Below, in pieces: positions 14,098-24,923 of a stretch of 64,000 nt of DNA. Both the position numbers and the translations under genes were made by a program. Numbering within the stretch: the stretch's first letter is position 1; each line of letters begins with the position of its first letter. The notes below the pieces were generated by a model, which was given only the letters and a program-made list of their open reading frames with translations, was not told the origin of the DNA and made no database searches. Origin of the DNA: Obrimoposthia wandeli. Its lineage: Eukaryota. The DNA lies in the NCBI GenBank assembly GCA_977020255.1, contig CDROCS010000956.1, positions 434,001 through 498,000 on the forward strand, in the 5' to 3' direction.

Positions 14098-14437
14098 ATG
14101 AAGAAAATACAAAGAAGCATACCCTATTTTAAAGCTTTAGTCAAAGCCTCTTCTCACAAGAGAATGATTATTCTTAAAGCATTTCCATCCTTTGTTGTAC
14201 ATGATTGTAGATGATTTATTGGAAGTTTAATATAATATAGTTTTGGGTCGAGTAAAAGTTGGAAATCGGAAAAATATATTAAAGAAATATAGAAAAACTC
14301 TTCTAGATATTGCTAATGTAAAAAGTAAAAAAAGGAAACAAAATATTATTCTTAAACAGAATGGTGGTTTCATAGGGGCTGTTATTCCCGTTGTTGCGTC
14401 AATTATCAGTATTATTATAGCTGCGAAACGTTCATAA
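14098..14437 (+). pseudogene. Small basic Polinton ORF ending QNGGF plus a hydrophobic helix (copy A)
   Basis: MKKIQRSIPYFKALVKA...NIVLGRVKV...KKYRKTLLDIA...KQNGGFIGAVIPVVASIIS. Disrupted by a 10-bp duplication (14196-14215) and a TAA (14228-14230). Confidence 0.7.
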
Positions 14438-14523
14438 ACAATTATTTATAAAATCAGTTAAAGATATGGGTGCTAACCCTTCTTTACCTAAATTTAAATT
14501 TTCTTTCTATTCAAATTGTTGTA

Positions 14524-15553
14524 ATGGAGAAGATATGGTTCAATCCAAAAGATCCAATTAACTACACATGAGTTTCAAAATTAGCAAAAAGAACAAAACA
14601 AAATTACAAGAAAACGCAGAAATGGCTGAGCGACCAGCTAGCTTACAGTCTGAACAAGCCGATGAAAAGAAGGTTTCCAACTAGAGCTTACAAAACCAGC
14701 GGCCCTAATAATTTATGGCAAATGGATTTGATGGAGATGATCCCATATTCTTCCATTAATAAGGGATATCGATATATTTTAACATGTATTGATGTATTTA
14801 GCAGGTTTGCTCATGCAATTCCAGTTAAAGCAAAATCTTCAATAGCTATGCTTGAAGCCATTAAAGAAATATTAAAAGAGGACATTCCACAAAATGTGCA
14901 AACTGATTTAGGAAAAGAATTTTATAATAAGCAGGTTCAATCATTATTTAAACAAAATAATATAAATCATTACTCTGTGTTTTCACAATACAAAGCAGCT
15001 GTAGTAGAAAGATTTAATCGTACTCTAAGAGATCGAATAAAAAAGTATTTCACAAAAGAAGGAAATAAAAAATGGATCCAAGTTTTACCTAAAATAATAC
15101 ATGCATATAATCACTCTGAACATAGAGGTCTCAAGAGAATGAGACCTGTTGATGTTACTAATAAAAATTCTATGGATATTTGGATGGACAGGAATAAAAA
15201 AGAAAATATTCAAAAAGCTAAATATAAGAAAAATGAATATGTCCGAATTTCGAAAATTAGCTCTACTCCATTTATTAAAAACTTTGATCAGAATTGGAGC
15301 GATGAAATATTTTTTATAAGTAAAATTGATCAAAAGAGTAATCCAATAATGTATACTATTAAAGATGCTGACAATAATATCGTTCAAGGGTAAATTTTAC
15401 GAGCAAGAACTACAAGTAATATCAAATAAACCTAGCGTTTTCCGTATTCAAAAAATATTAAAATCTAAGGGTGTCGGTAAACATAAACAATACTATGTTA
15501 AATGGCATGGTTATTCAGATCGAACTTTAATATCAGCATCTAATACAATATGA
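14524..15553 (+). pseudogene. Retroviral-type (rve) integrase with C-terminal chromodomain, copy A
   Basis: WQMDL, CIDVFSRFAHAIP, VQTDLGKEF, VERFNRTL. The chromodomain FRIQKILK...YYVKWHGY is in the +1 frame after GGG-TAA (15388-15393). There is also a TGA near 14568. Confidence 0.92.
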
Positions 15554-16614
15554 AGTCTATGTATATGGTTTTACCTAGTAATGGATGTCCGAAGACTCAA
15601 CCAGATAATTACGCTAGTAGCTTTATTATCGATTGGGAAAATCCTATAAATCTCCAAGGAGAATGGGAAGCGGCTTTAACAGAATTTTCCTTTTATTATT
15701 CTCCAATTACTATCAGAAAAAACTCACATATTTCGTTTACAAAAGAAGTTGATCATGAAAAATCAATTGAAGTTGTGATTGGATATGATAGTAAAAGAAA
15801 TTTCTATTACAATTGTATAGATACAGAAGTGAAAGTAATATATGAAAAAAACAAAGTCAGATTTAAAAATAGACTACAACATTTTTCTAAACCTATTCAA
15901 ATTATATTTGGATCTGATAGAGAAGCTCTTCAATTCGGCTTTGACATTGGACATGTAGTAGGTATGAAGAGATCTTATATAGCCTCATCTAAATCGTTTA
16001 AAAATGTTCCTGATAGAGTAACAAAAGTGTTTTTAATTGAAACGAGACCAAAGTATGTAGTGGAACTGAAAATGTTTTCAAAAGATTATAAAATATATAG
16101 TGAAGTGAATTTCTGTAAATTAATACAGAAGGAATGTAGTGAATATTTCGATAAATGTGTAACATTAAAAAATGGTAAAATAACGTTTATAGTAAAGAGC
16201 AATATAATACGAGTTTTATTTGATGATAAACTCGCTAAAAACCTTGGTTTAAACAGAAATACCTTTGAAACCCATACAATAAAAACCATAAAAGCTAAAA
16301 ATAAGGAAAAATATTTAAATGCAGTTAATAATTTATATATTTATACTAATTTAATAGAACCAACGCTTGTAGGAGGACAGCGAGTTCCACTTTTGAGAAC
16401 AATATGGATATGTAAAAATGAAACTAAAGATGTGGACGCTGTTGGTATGTGTATAGATCAACCAATGTATCTTCCAGTTTCTCTCTTTTCTATAAACAAT
16501 ATTGAAGTAAATATTAGAGATGATTCCGGACAACTAATAGATTTCACGTACGGGGCCAAGACAAGTTTAACAATACATTTAAGAAAACAAAATGGCGAAT
16601 CCAGCAATAATTGA
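15550..16614 (+). CDS. Minor capsid (penton-like) protein, copy A, open 354-aa frame
   Basis: MYMVLPSN...IINWENPINLQGEWEAALTEFSF-type N-terminus and LYIYTNLIEP.LVGG...PLLR...YLPV...INNIEVNIRDDSG C-terminus, typical of Polinton pentons. Confidence 0.85.
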   Translation: MKSMYMVLPSNGCPKTQPDNYASSFIIDWENPINLQGEWEAALTEFSFYYSPITIRKNSHISFTKEVDHEKSIEVVIGYDSKRNFYYNCIDTEVKVIYEKNKVRFKNRLQHFSKPIQIIFGSDREALQFGFDIGHVVGMKRSYIASSKSFKNVPDRVTKVFLIETRPKYVVELKMFSKDYKIYSEVNFCKLIQKECSEYFDKCVTLKNGKITFIVKSNIIRVLFDDKLAKNLGLNRNTFETHTIKTIKAKNKEKYLNAVNNLYIYTNLIEPTLVGGQRVPLLRTIWICKNETKDVDAVGMCIDQPMYLPVSLFSINNIEVNIRDDSGQLIDFTYGAKTSLTIHLRKQNGESSNN

Positions 16615-16729
16615 AGCCTAAAGTCAAAGCCAATAAGGTGGAGAATTACCATATTTTGTTGGTAAACAATATGGATCTGGCTGGCTTAGAACATTAGGTA
16701 GATTTGCCTTTCCTCTTTTAAAGAGACTC

Positions 16730-18939
16730 TGGAAACACTTACTGTGTGATTGGCCATGCATTTAAAGATGCCGTTAAATTTTTTAAAGACCCGCTCAAAA
16801 ACTGCAGAGAATCTATGAATCTTAAACTGCAGAATTCAGTATATGCAGTTAAAGATAAATATTTCTCTGAAGTCTTAGGTATACAAGAAATTTCCCAAGA
16901 GCTTAATGTACCCAACGCATATTTAAGTATATGATGCAAATCATATCCTTTGAGGTTATGAAACACGATGGGAATGCGTAGTTTTTTAGGGAGTCGACGG
17001 CCAAGGTTACAGAGGTTGCACGCCGCTCCCAAGTATCGCCCCGTAACGTGATCGTGATTACTGACTAACTTAGACTGGGTTCCACACAAATAACATAATC
17101 TACTAGAATTAAAATTAACCCAGTCTATGCCTGTCATGATCATAGCTTGATGAGCATTAAGATCATACCACGGTTTGACAATTGTTGTTCTTAATTCTTC
17201 TAATTTTAACATAAAATCTCAAATACAATTTGGACCGGAAAATTTATGATACTGTGTAATATTGGGGCCTAAGAATAGTAATCCTGCCGAAGCCGGTAGG
17301 TGAATACTTTCATACTTGTCGTGCAATGCTAAAATTGACTCAAAATCTGCATACACCCTGAATTCCACGGATATGTATTTTCCCAATCCCTGAATTTTAA
17401 ATCCTTATCCTTAGAAGACGATCTAAATTAGGAATTGCAGCATAATGGAATTTTTTATTATGTTCAAGTAATAAAAAGTTGACCTGAGTCCCTTCATTTT
17501 TGCTCCTATAAATTACATCTATAAAAGGATTTTTAAATATTTCTTCATCTGTTACATTAACTGGGATATCAGTATTGTATTTGAATACATTAATACTCAA
17601 GTTATTAAGATGTTCAAATCTTGATATCGCAGTTAATTTAACAGGAAAATCTATTCCATGATACTGCAATTCATTTAAAAAAGGGGTATATTTACTGACA
17701 CGCTCTCTAAATTGGCCTCGCCTCTTTCTTCCTACAGTCGCTGACAAACCTCCCCCTAATTGAACGGGAAGACAACTATTTATATTAACAGTTGACACAA
17801 ACGCAGCTGAGGTTGAAGGTGCTGATATTGGTGATGCTGCCGATGTTGAGGCAATCGCATCTGCTGTAGTAGATGCTGCTGTAGTAGATGCTGCTGTAGC
17901 AGATGTTGCTGTAGTAGATGCTGCTGTAGTAGATGCTGCCGCAGTTGTAGATGCTGCATTTGGAGTAGTTGCCGACATTGCCGACGAAGAAGCGGCTGCT
18001 GTAGAGAATGATGCTGCTGAAATAAATATATTAAAAAATAAATATATTTTTAAATATTATTAACTCTAAGACGTGCTAACATCGATGTAGGCACTCGTGA
18101 TGGGGGAGGCATAGCTGTCGTAGCGGATGACGGCTGTATCACGGTATTTACTGAATAAAAAATAAAAATAAAAAATATATAATTCCTATAATATATATTT
18201 AATTAAAAATAATATATTTATAATTACAATTTTAAAAAATAATCTGAAAAATAATAATAAAAAATACCTAATGAAGGCAATCCAACTGTAGCTGGTTGGA
18301 AGTCCTCTTCATTGACAGAATCCATCCAGCTATCGTCCGTGAACTCGATGAAATCGGATTCCTCTATGGTCTCCAACCAGCTGTTGTCGCTCCACTGAGG
18401 CTGCTCCATCTCGACATCTGACTGGGTGATATTTTCCATCCAGTCATTGTTTGAGAATTGGGTTGCTGGCGCCATCTCCTCAAAATCTTCCTGGGAGATG
18501 TCATTCATCCACTCATTGTTAGTCATTTGAGTGGATGGTGCAGCAGAATCAGGAGCCGGGAGAAAAGGACCAATGGCAGGACCGTAAACGGGTTGAATCA
18601 CTGCAACTGGAATTGGAGCAGGTGCTGGAGCGGCCTGCGAATCGCGCACCAATTGCACGATATCCCTCTTCTTGTTGTTGGCCGTGAAACAGGATTGATG
18701 AGCTCGATGTTCACCGAAGAAGTCTCGAAACTCCTTCTCCTCCATTGTTCTGCAGAATGGGCAGACAAAGAAGTGAAGCCCGCGAGACTTTGTCCGGTAG
18801 TATGCAGACATTGTCTCCATGCAGGTCTCTCCTCCATGTGGAGCCGAAGCACCACAATACGCAGGGAATAGGTTCCAAGTAATCTGAAATAATAAATATT
18901 AATAAGGAAATAATAAAAATAAATTCTTACCATAGGCAT
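16730..18939 (-). pseudogene. N-terminal half of pPolB in copy A (spliced; Zn-binding motif, acidic repeats, Ala/Thr repeats, ExoI)
   Basis: MPM exon, CPFC...HRAH, then ELQYHGIDFPVKL..ISRFEHLNNLSINVF, VYADFES (ExoI), DHDH/NHDH.TGRYLGAACNLCN and FHNLKGYD (ExoII). Truncated at the deletion junction. Confidence 0.88.
17861..17957 (-). repeat. 15-bp coding tandem repeat, (ASTTA)n, in the pPolB N-terminus of copy A only
   Basis: GTAGTAGATGCTGCT repeated about 6 times; absent at the equivalent B position (about 29970). Confidence 0.85.
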
Positions 18940-19036
18940 TATTTCAAATTGTCGGGGATTTAAATGAAGAAAGTGTTTGCTTATATACTAAAATTTATGC
19001 ACACATGCTCTTTTCCTATTGGATTAAAAAATTGAA

Positions 19037-19220
19037 TTTATCCCTCCACTGAGAATAATTGTTTATCTGTTATTGGTTGAAAAAAATAATTTTATTCCTC
19101 CAATTAAAGAGAAGGATTGTTTATATATTATAGGTTCAAAAAATAATTTTATTCCTCCAATTAAAAAGAACTATTGTTTATCTGTTATTGGTTGAAATAA
19201 ATATTTTTATTCCTCCAATC
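19037..19220. repeat. About 57-bp tandem repeat (about 3.3 copies) upstream of the pPolB gene in copy A
   Basis: Unit TTTATTCCTCCAATTAAA.AGAA..ATTGTTTATCTGTTATTGGTTGAAAAAAATAAT; B has about 1.3 copies at about 29125-29190. Confidence 0.75.
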
Positions 19221-19288
19221 AAAAGGCTTATTTGTAATTAGTTGTAAAATTTTAATAATGAATTTCTCCAATTAGAAGAATTGTTTAT

Positions 19289-19787
19289 CTACATGTCAAA
19301 TAATAATAAGATAGACTTAAACATTTTTTATATGCGCAATGGTCACCATGATTACGATATGGACAGCAAATATTTCGTGGAATTTTTAATAGATGATCAC
19401 GTGAAATATTTAAAGTATTCAACCTCAATTTGGGAAAATATTATTTTAAAGTCTTATACTTTTTGCCATCCATTTCATCTAAAACATAAAAAATTCCATT
19501 TTCTATATAAAAATTAGATGTTATTGTATCGAAAATACATATTTCACAAAAAGCCTTATGTCCTTCTTTCCATTTTAATAAATGAAAGTAATTAGTTAGA
19601 TATAAATTAGTAAATTTTTTCTTATAATCTAAAGTTTAGATTCTAAACTTTTAAACGGGATATCTATTTGAAATATGAAATGCAAAGGATGAAAAACGTC
19701 GCATACATCCATAATACATAATTCTTTTATAATATAATCCCCATTTTTGTTAATGAAAGCCTCAAAATCTATGATATATTTCTGCAT
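19289..19787 (-). pseudogene. Exonuclease-like ORF of copy A
   Basis: MQKYIIDFEAF...IIKELC matches 28593-29081; frameshifted by a small palindromic insertion near 19625-19645. Confidence 0.75.
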
Positions 19788-19888
19788 AATTATCTAAATT
19801 TGCAGCAAATCCCGTTGTTTATAACGAAAAAAATCATTAATCAAAAATTTATTAAAATAACAAAGTACTCAGGATTTAGTCTTTCATA

Positions 19889-20098
19889 TTAAGATTGGTA
19901 TATATTGTCAATTCTCATATGAATATTAAAATAAATTATATTAAATGTAAACATACCTAAATATTTCGAAATTAAATTACATAATTTATAACCAACAATT
20001 TCCTCAGTATCATTTTCTGGAAAGTAATTTTTTATACATTCTTCCATTAAATCTGGAGATAATTTTATGTATAATTTATTCCAATTTTTATTATCCAT
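19889..20098 (-). CDS. Small unknown ORF (69 aa) present in copy A, deleted in copy B
   Basis: ATG-initiated, MDNKNWNKLYIKLSPDLMEECIKNYF.... B joins the two flanks at about 28510. Confidence 0.4.
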   Translation of the reverse strand: MDNKNWNKLYIKLSPDLMEECIKNYFPENDTEEIVGYKLCNLISKYLGMFTFNIIYFNIHMRIDNIYQS

Positions 20099-20205
20099 TT
20101 TACAAAAAATATTATATATAAAATTGTTTATATTTAGTATGCTTATGTAAAATATTTAGATAATTATGTAACCTAATCAATAAAGACAAAATAATAATCA
20201 AAAAA

Positions 20206-20526
20206 TAAATTTTTTTGTAGAAGGACCCTCTTCCGGTTTAATCTGGAGGATTCTCTTTCTTGCTGCTCGCCGAACATCCTCCATCTCTTCTCTTCTTTAT
20301 TCATCCACCTTCATTTTTTACAATTCGATCTTCTTATTCCACTCCAAGATCCGACGTCGTTCTGTAGCCTCCTATCTTGTATCTCCACCCGGCGATTCCA
20401 CTCGGTCGTGACAGCAGCATACAAATTTTGATTGAGGACCCTCTTTCTTAAGTCCCCTTTCTTCTCATATAATCTGATGTTTGCTTCTATCTTCGTTACC
20501 AAACTTTGCAATTTAATGAATTCCAT
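20206..20526 (-). pseudogene. Charged coiled-coil ORF, copy A
   Basis: MEFIKLQSLVTKIEANIR...; frameshifted relative to B 28154-28470. Confidence 0.6.
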
Positions 20527-20739
20527 TTTTTAATTATGAAGAGGTTAATAAATTTGAACCTATATATATAAATTTAAGACATTTTTAATCCAATCACAGG
20601 CAATGAAATTTTATATTTTTATGTATCAAATGAAAGTTTAATAAATCTATAACTAATCATTGCATTTATATTTAAATCTAAAAAAAATTAAATGATTCCT
20701 TATTAATCCAATCACAGTCGAATAAATTAACTATTTTTT

Positions 20740-22180
20740 TCATCTTGATATTTTAATAAACTTTAAGATGGTATTTAAATAAATATTAACAAGAAAACAT
20801 ATGAAACTAATTTTTAAAATTATATTCTTAAACATCTTTACGAAGTCATCATTGGGATCATCCGGATCGAAATCCCTCCAACTAAGTATTATTGGAGAAA
20901 GCGGTATTGGCTCCTTCTTCTTTGGCCGGCCCGGTTTCTTTTTCGCCTTCACCGGTTGGTTTGTAGCAATTGTCCTTCCCTCAGGTTTTGGCAATAGTTG
21001 CCGCAACATTTTGGGAGGAGGTGCAGCCGATGTTGATGGCCCCGACATAGAAGCAGTAGCCTTCCTCTTCCGAGGAGCTTTCTTCTGTTTCTCCTCCTTC
21101 TCACGCTGAAGCTGGCGTGAGACTGCTTCCTGTTGACCTCGCGAATCTGGAAGCATTGCCGGTGTATCCAGTTCCGCCAGGAATTCGTACAATCCAGCTT
21201 CATCCAAGGCCCTCTTTAAGTTCTGGCTGGTTGTTGGACGAGGAGAAGCCGGTGATGTCTCCTGCAGGCGTCGTTGACTTGATGGCGGACTAATCTCGAT
21301 CGGTGAGACTGGGATCCTCTCGTATAAAATTGGACCGTCGTCCACTGGAGATGGGAGAATCTCCTGCCGTCCAATCACCGCCTCAGAATAATGGCCAATT
21401 GAGGTGCTACATTTTCTCGAGCGCCTCGTCTTCTTCGCCTCTGCTAGCTTCGCCCGTTTCTTGGGAAAATGAGTCATTTCTCCCCAAGCCTCCTCAATTA
21501 TCCAGACAGGTTCCTGCAAAAGAAAACATTAATAAAATTTTTAATAAAGTTCATTTATTTAAAAATTATTTAAATATCTAAAAATTTACCTCAATAATCT
21601 GATACGGAAGTTTTTCCTTCCGCTCTATCGTTACTTCGGTCGATTTGAGCAGACAAGATTTCGCCTTTCTAAGACGCCTCGAAGTCTTCCGTACAGCAGC
21701 CCGCCTCGTTTGCTTCTGCGGGAAAGGAGAAATTTTGCCCCATGTCTCCTCAATTAATTGTATTGGTTCCTGCAACAAAAAACATTAATAAAATTAAAAA
21801 ATATAAATAATTTACCTCGATGACGGGCAAGTTAGCCTGTTTCACCAACTTGGCCTTCTTCCGATGGACCGTGTGGGTTTTGACCCGATGGCGTCGAGGT
21901 TTCTTAACCGCCGCTTGTTTCCTATCGAGGGGTAGTCTGAGAGTTGCCTCCTCCCAAATTTCCTCCACCAATTCGGCTTCCTATGTGAATAATTAAAATA
22001 ATTAACTAATTTATAATAATTTACCTCAAATTTAGCCGGAGTCGGTAGGTATCGCTGCTCACTCCTGGGATCATCCTGGCTACATTGACTCGCCAAGTAC
22101 TGCGGTTCAATCAGCCTCTCCACCGTGGTCACTGACGGTGCCAAATCCAGTTGAAGTTTCTAAAAATGAAAATAAAAAAC
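20740..22180 (-). pseudogene. 3' exons of the left-end spliced gene, copy A (has one more exon than B; first exon missing)
   Basis: Exons match B 26898-27032, 27071-27217 and 27259 onward. An extra exon at about 21590-21772 (EPIQLIEETWGK...) is paralogous to the last exon. Confidence 0.7.
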
Positions 22181-22305
22181 ATTTTAAATAAATTAATAGA
22201 CTAACCTCATTCGTCGCCTTTATTCTTTAACTTTAAAGGATTTTATGGATAAAAATGGCAATTCAATTGAAACTTTAAACGATTTTATGAATAAAATATG
22301 GGTAC

Positions 22306-22610
22306 TTTAAATATGGACGCTTTAATATGAGACACTTTAATATGGACGCTTTAATATGAGACACTTTAATATGGACGTTTTAATATAAGACACTTTAATA
22401 TGGACACTTTAATATGAGAAACTTTAATATGGACGCTTTAATATGAGACACTTTAAATATGGACGCTTTAATATGAGACACTTTAATATGGACGTTTTAA
22501 TATAAGAAACTTTAATATGGACACTTTAATATGAGAAACTTTAATATGGACGCTTTAATATGAGAAAATTTAAATATGGACGCTTCAATATGAGACACTT
22601 TAATATGAGA
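22306..22610. repeat. 29-bp minisatellite (14+15-bp subunits), about 10 copies
   Basis: TTTAATATGGACGC + TTTAATATGAGACAC repeated; located at the point where copy A homology ends. Confidence 0.9.
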
Positions 22611-23619
22611 CAACGAAATTACTTTCTTACCTTCTTTTGTTGATTTTCAGAGTATCCTCTTGTCTGTCGGTCCTTCCTTCAACTTCTGAAAATCAGAATA
22701 ATAACTTCTCTGTTTGTAATTTGATTACCTTTTTCAACAGGAATAATCAATACGGTCCTGAACAATTAACTCTTCTGCTTCTTTCTCGTTTTCAACAGGA
22801 ATAATCAATACGGTACTGAACAATTAACTCTTCTCATTTCTGTAATAAGTAATTTCTATTCAGTTTCACTCAGCACTACCCGCTCTCCGATCTCTATCTT
22901 CTTTATATAGTCCTGATTCCTGCAATGAATTAAATTTGCACTTAAATTAAGTGCTATTACCTTGTTGTCTGGAAATTAGCAGCGTCTGCTTGCTGCTCGG
23001 AATGCTTTCAATAGCGCTACTGGACTGGATGCTCGGTAATGGCTTCTTGTCTGTTAATTGATTCCTGGCGACAACACTAATGGATTCTCTATTTGGCAGT
23101 CTACCGGCTGCTTGCTTCTCAGTGGCTTCGTTAGACTGTTGATTGATTCCTGGCGACAACACAAATGGATTCTTTATTTGGCTAATTGTAATCTTTTTTG
23201 GGACCCTTTTAATAGATTTAATATCTAATATATACTACACATCTCACACTTTAGGGCCTTTCAAGGTCCTAAAATACTTCTTAAATTTATTAAATATAAT
23301 TTTATTTTAGTTTTAACCTTGTTTACAAGGTTTTATTTTCCTGTATAAATAAATAATAATTTTTTTCACAAATTATCAGAATCCTAATCCTAACTGTATA
23401 ACAGTTTGTATAATTCCGAAGTTTATTGTAAAAAGGGTTATTGTAAAGTGACTTGTTATAAAAAGTTGTAGAACATAATTTTTAGAATCGGTACTCGGAA
23501 GAACTTTGAACTGGTAAATTAGGTGAAGTTGGTTCCTAATAAGTAAAAGTTTTAGAACCTATATATTGAAGAAACCAAAGTTGGAACTAAAGAACAATTT
23601 TAATTAACTATGCAACTTT

Positions 23620-24030
23620 GGCTAAAGGACGTAAAATCAATAGAGGGTCATCTCTATTTATAAAGTGTTTAAGACTGATTGTTGTTAGACAACCTACTTG
23701 TTAACTTGTTAAATCCTTTTTTACTTAGTAAAGTAATATAGAATTTTCCTACAGATCGAGTAGAGTTATTTCTGTTAATAATCACATAGGAATAGAAAAA
23801 CACAAATCCCTCCGCACACTACACTACAAAAAGGGAACCCTTTTAGTACCTTGTGCGCACAACTCTGTACACATCTCGCACTACATTGACACAAAAACCT
23901 TCAGACTTGAGACTAAGTTAAGTAGGACAAAACCTAAATAGGCCACATACATATGTAAGCCATATTGCTTCAGAACTCACGTTGGGGCCCTCCAGAAGAG
24001 GATCTATCTGAACCATAGTTTCAAATAGAA
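23620..24030 (+). repeat. Diverged direct repeat of about 400 bp, left copy (partner at about 40890-41305)
   Basis: Shared blocks include AGACAA.CTACTTGT.AACTTGTT, AATAGAAAAACACAAATCCCTC, ACTCTGTACACATCTCGCA, CAGAACTCACGTTGGGGCC and AGAGGATCTATCTGAA.CATAGTT. Confidence 0.7.
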
Positions 24031-24510
24031 TCCCTAACATATATAAGTAATTTTAAGACAGAAGAAAAAGACAAAATAATAATCAGCAAAATTCAGAAGA
24101 AATCAATTAAGAAATTATTCATGAGAACCAGTACCAGCCGGCGCTACTTGATACCAGACTCAAATTCATTTGGAGCCATTTGCACGTGGGAATTGATCCA
24201 GTCGAAGGTAAGAATCACTTAACCTAAGTGATCTTAATTGAATATTTTCTTGGAGGAGTGAATCGAGAAGTTGGAAGTCGCAAATATATAAACAATACAA
24301 ACAGAAACAATCAGTTGGAAAAAATTATTTGCGAACATTAGGAGATTAATCGCGAACATTGAAAATTAATTTCGAACCTTTGAAAATTGATTACGAACAT
24401 TTGGAAAATCAATTACAAACCTTTGAAAATTGATTACGAATATCTGAATATTAATTACGGAAAGGAGTCGATCTTAGCCGCAGAGACAATGTAAGACAAG
24501 CCGGATAATA

Positions 24511-24923
24511 AGTAGGTGGATGTGTCCGGTCTAATCCACACCCCCTCCCCCCTTGTCCTTTAAAACCGTGCATGTGTGTGGAGTGAAATTTCGTGTAGGT
24601 GTGTGGAGTGAAATTTCACTCCACACACATGCACGGTTTTAAAGGACAAGGGGGAGGGACCCCCCCTAACATTTTTCGCGCCTATCGGCGCGAAGGGCTC
24701 GGGACCGACATTGGTTACAGACTAGTCCTGCGATGTACGGATATATCGCTCTCATATAGGTCACAGACTAGCCCTGCAATGTACGGATATCTCGCTCTCA
24801 TATAGGTCACAGACTAGCCCTGCGATGTACGGATATATCTCGCTCTCATATAGGTCACAGACTAGCCCTGCGATGTACAGATATCTCGCTCTTATATAGG
24901 TCACAGACTAGCCTGCGATGTAC
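24511..24923 (+). repeat. Left TIR (runs into the gap): 45-bp-arm hairpin plus at least 4.5 copies of a 46-bp minisatellite
   Basis: Reverse complement of 39976-40325. Hairpin arms 24548-24592 and 24610-24654. Unit CACAGACTAGCCCTGCGATGTACGGATATCTCGCTCTCATATAGGT from about 24717. Confidence 0.95.

Larger units (their letters stand above)
11466..22230 (+). mobile_element. Polinton copy A: inverted relative to copy B, lacks termini, internally deleted
   Basis: Gene-by-gene reverse-complement match to about 26840-39550. The junction at about 16729/16730 joins the start of the PW-like ORF directly to the pPolB exonuclease region, removing the equivalent of B 30736-34308. No TIR or TSD found. Confidence 0.92.

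Noticed and set aside
14206-14240. A 34-nt intron rescuing the QNGGF ORF
   Set aside because: It would remove VDDLLEV.YNIV, which matches the typical family pattern; a 10-bp duplication plus a point stop explains the sequence better.
24717-24923. 46-bp repeats as a CRISPR array
   Set aside because: Units are head-to-tail with no unique spacers, no cas genes are present, the context is eukaryotic, and the repeats are part of the TIR.
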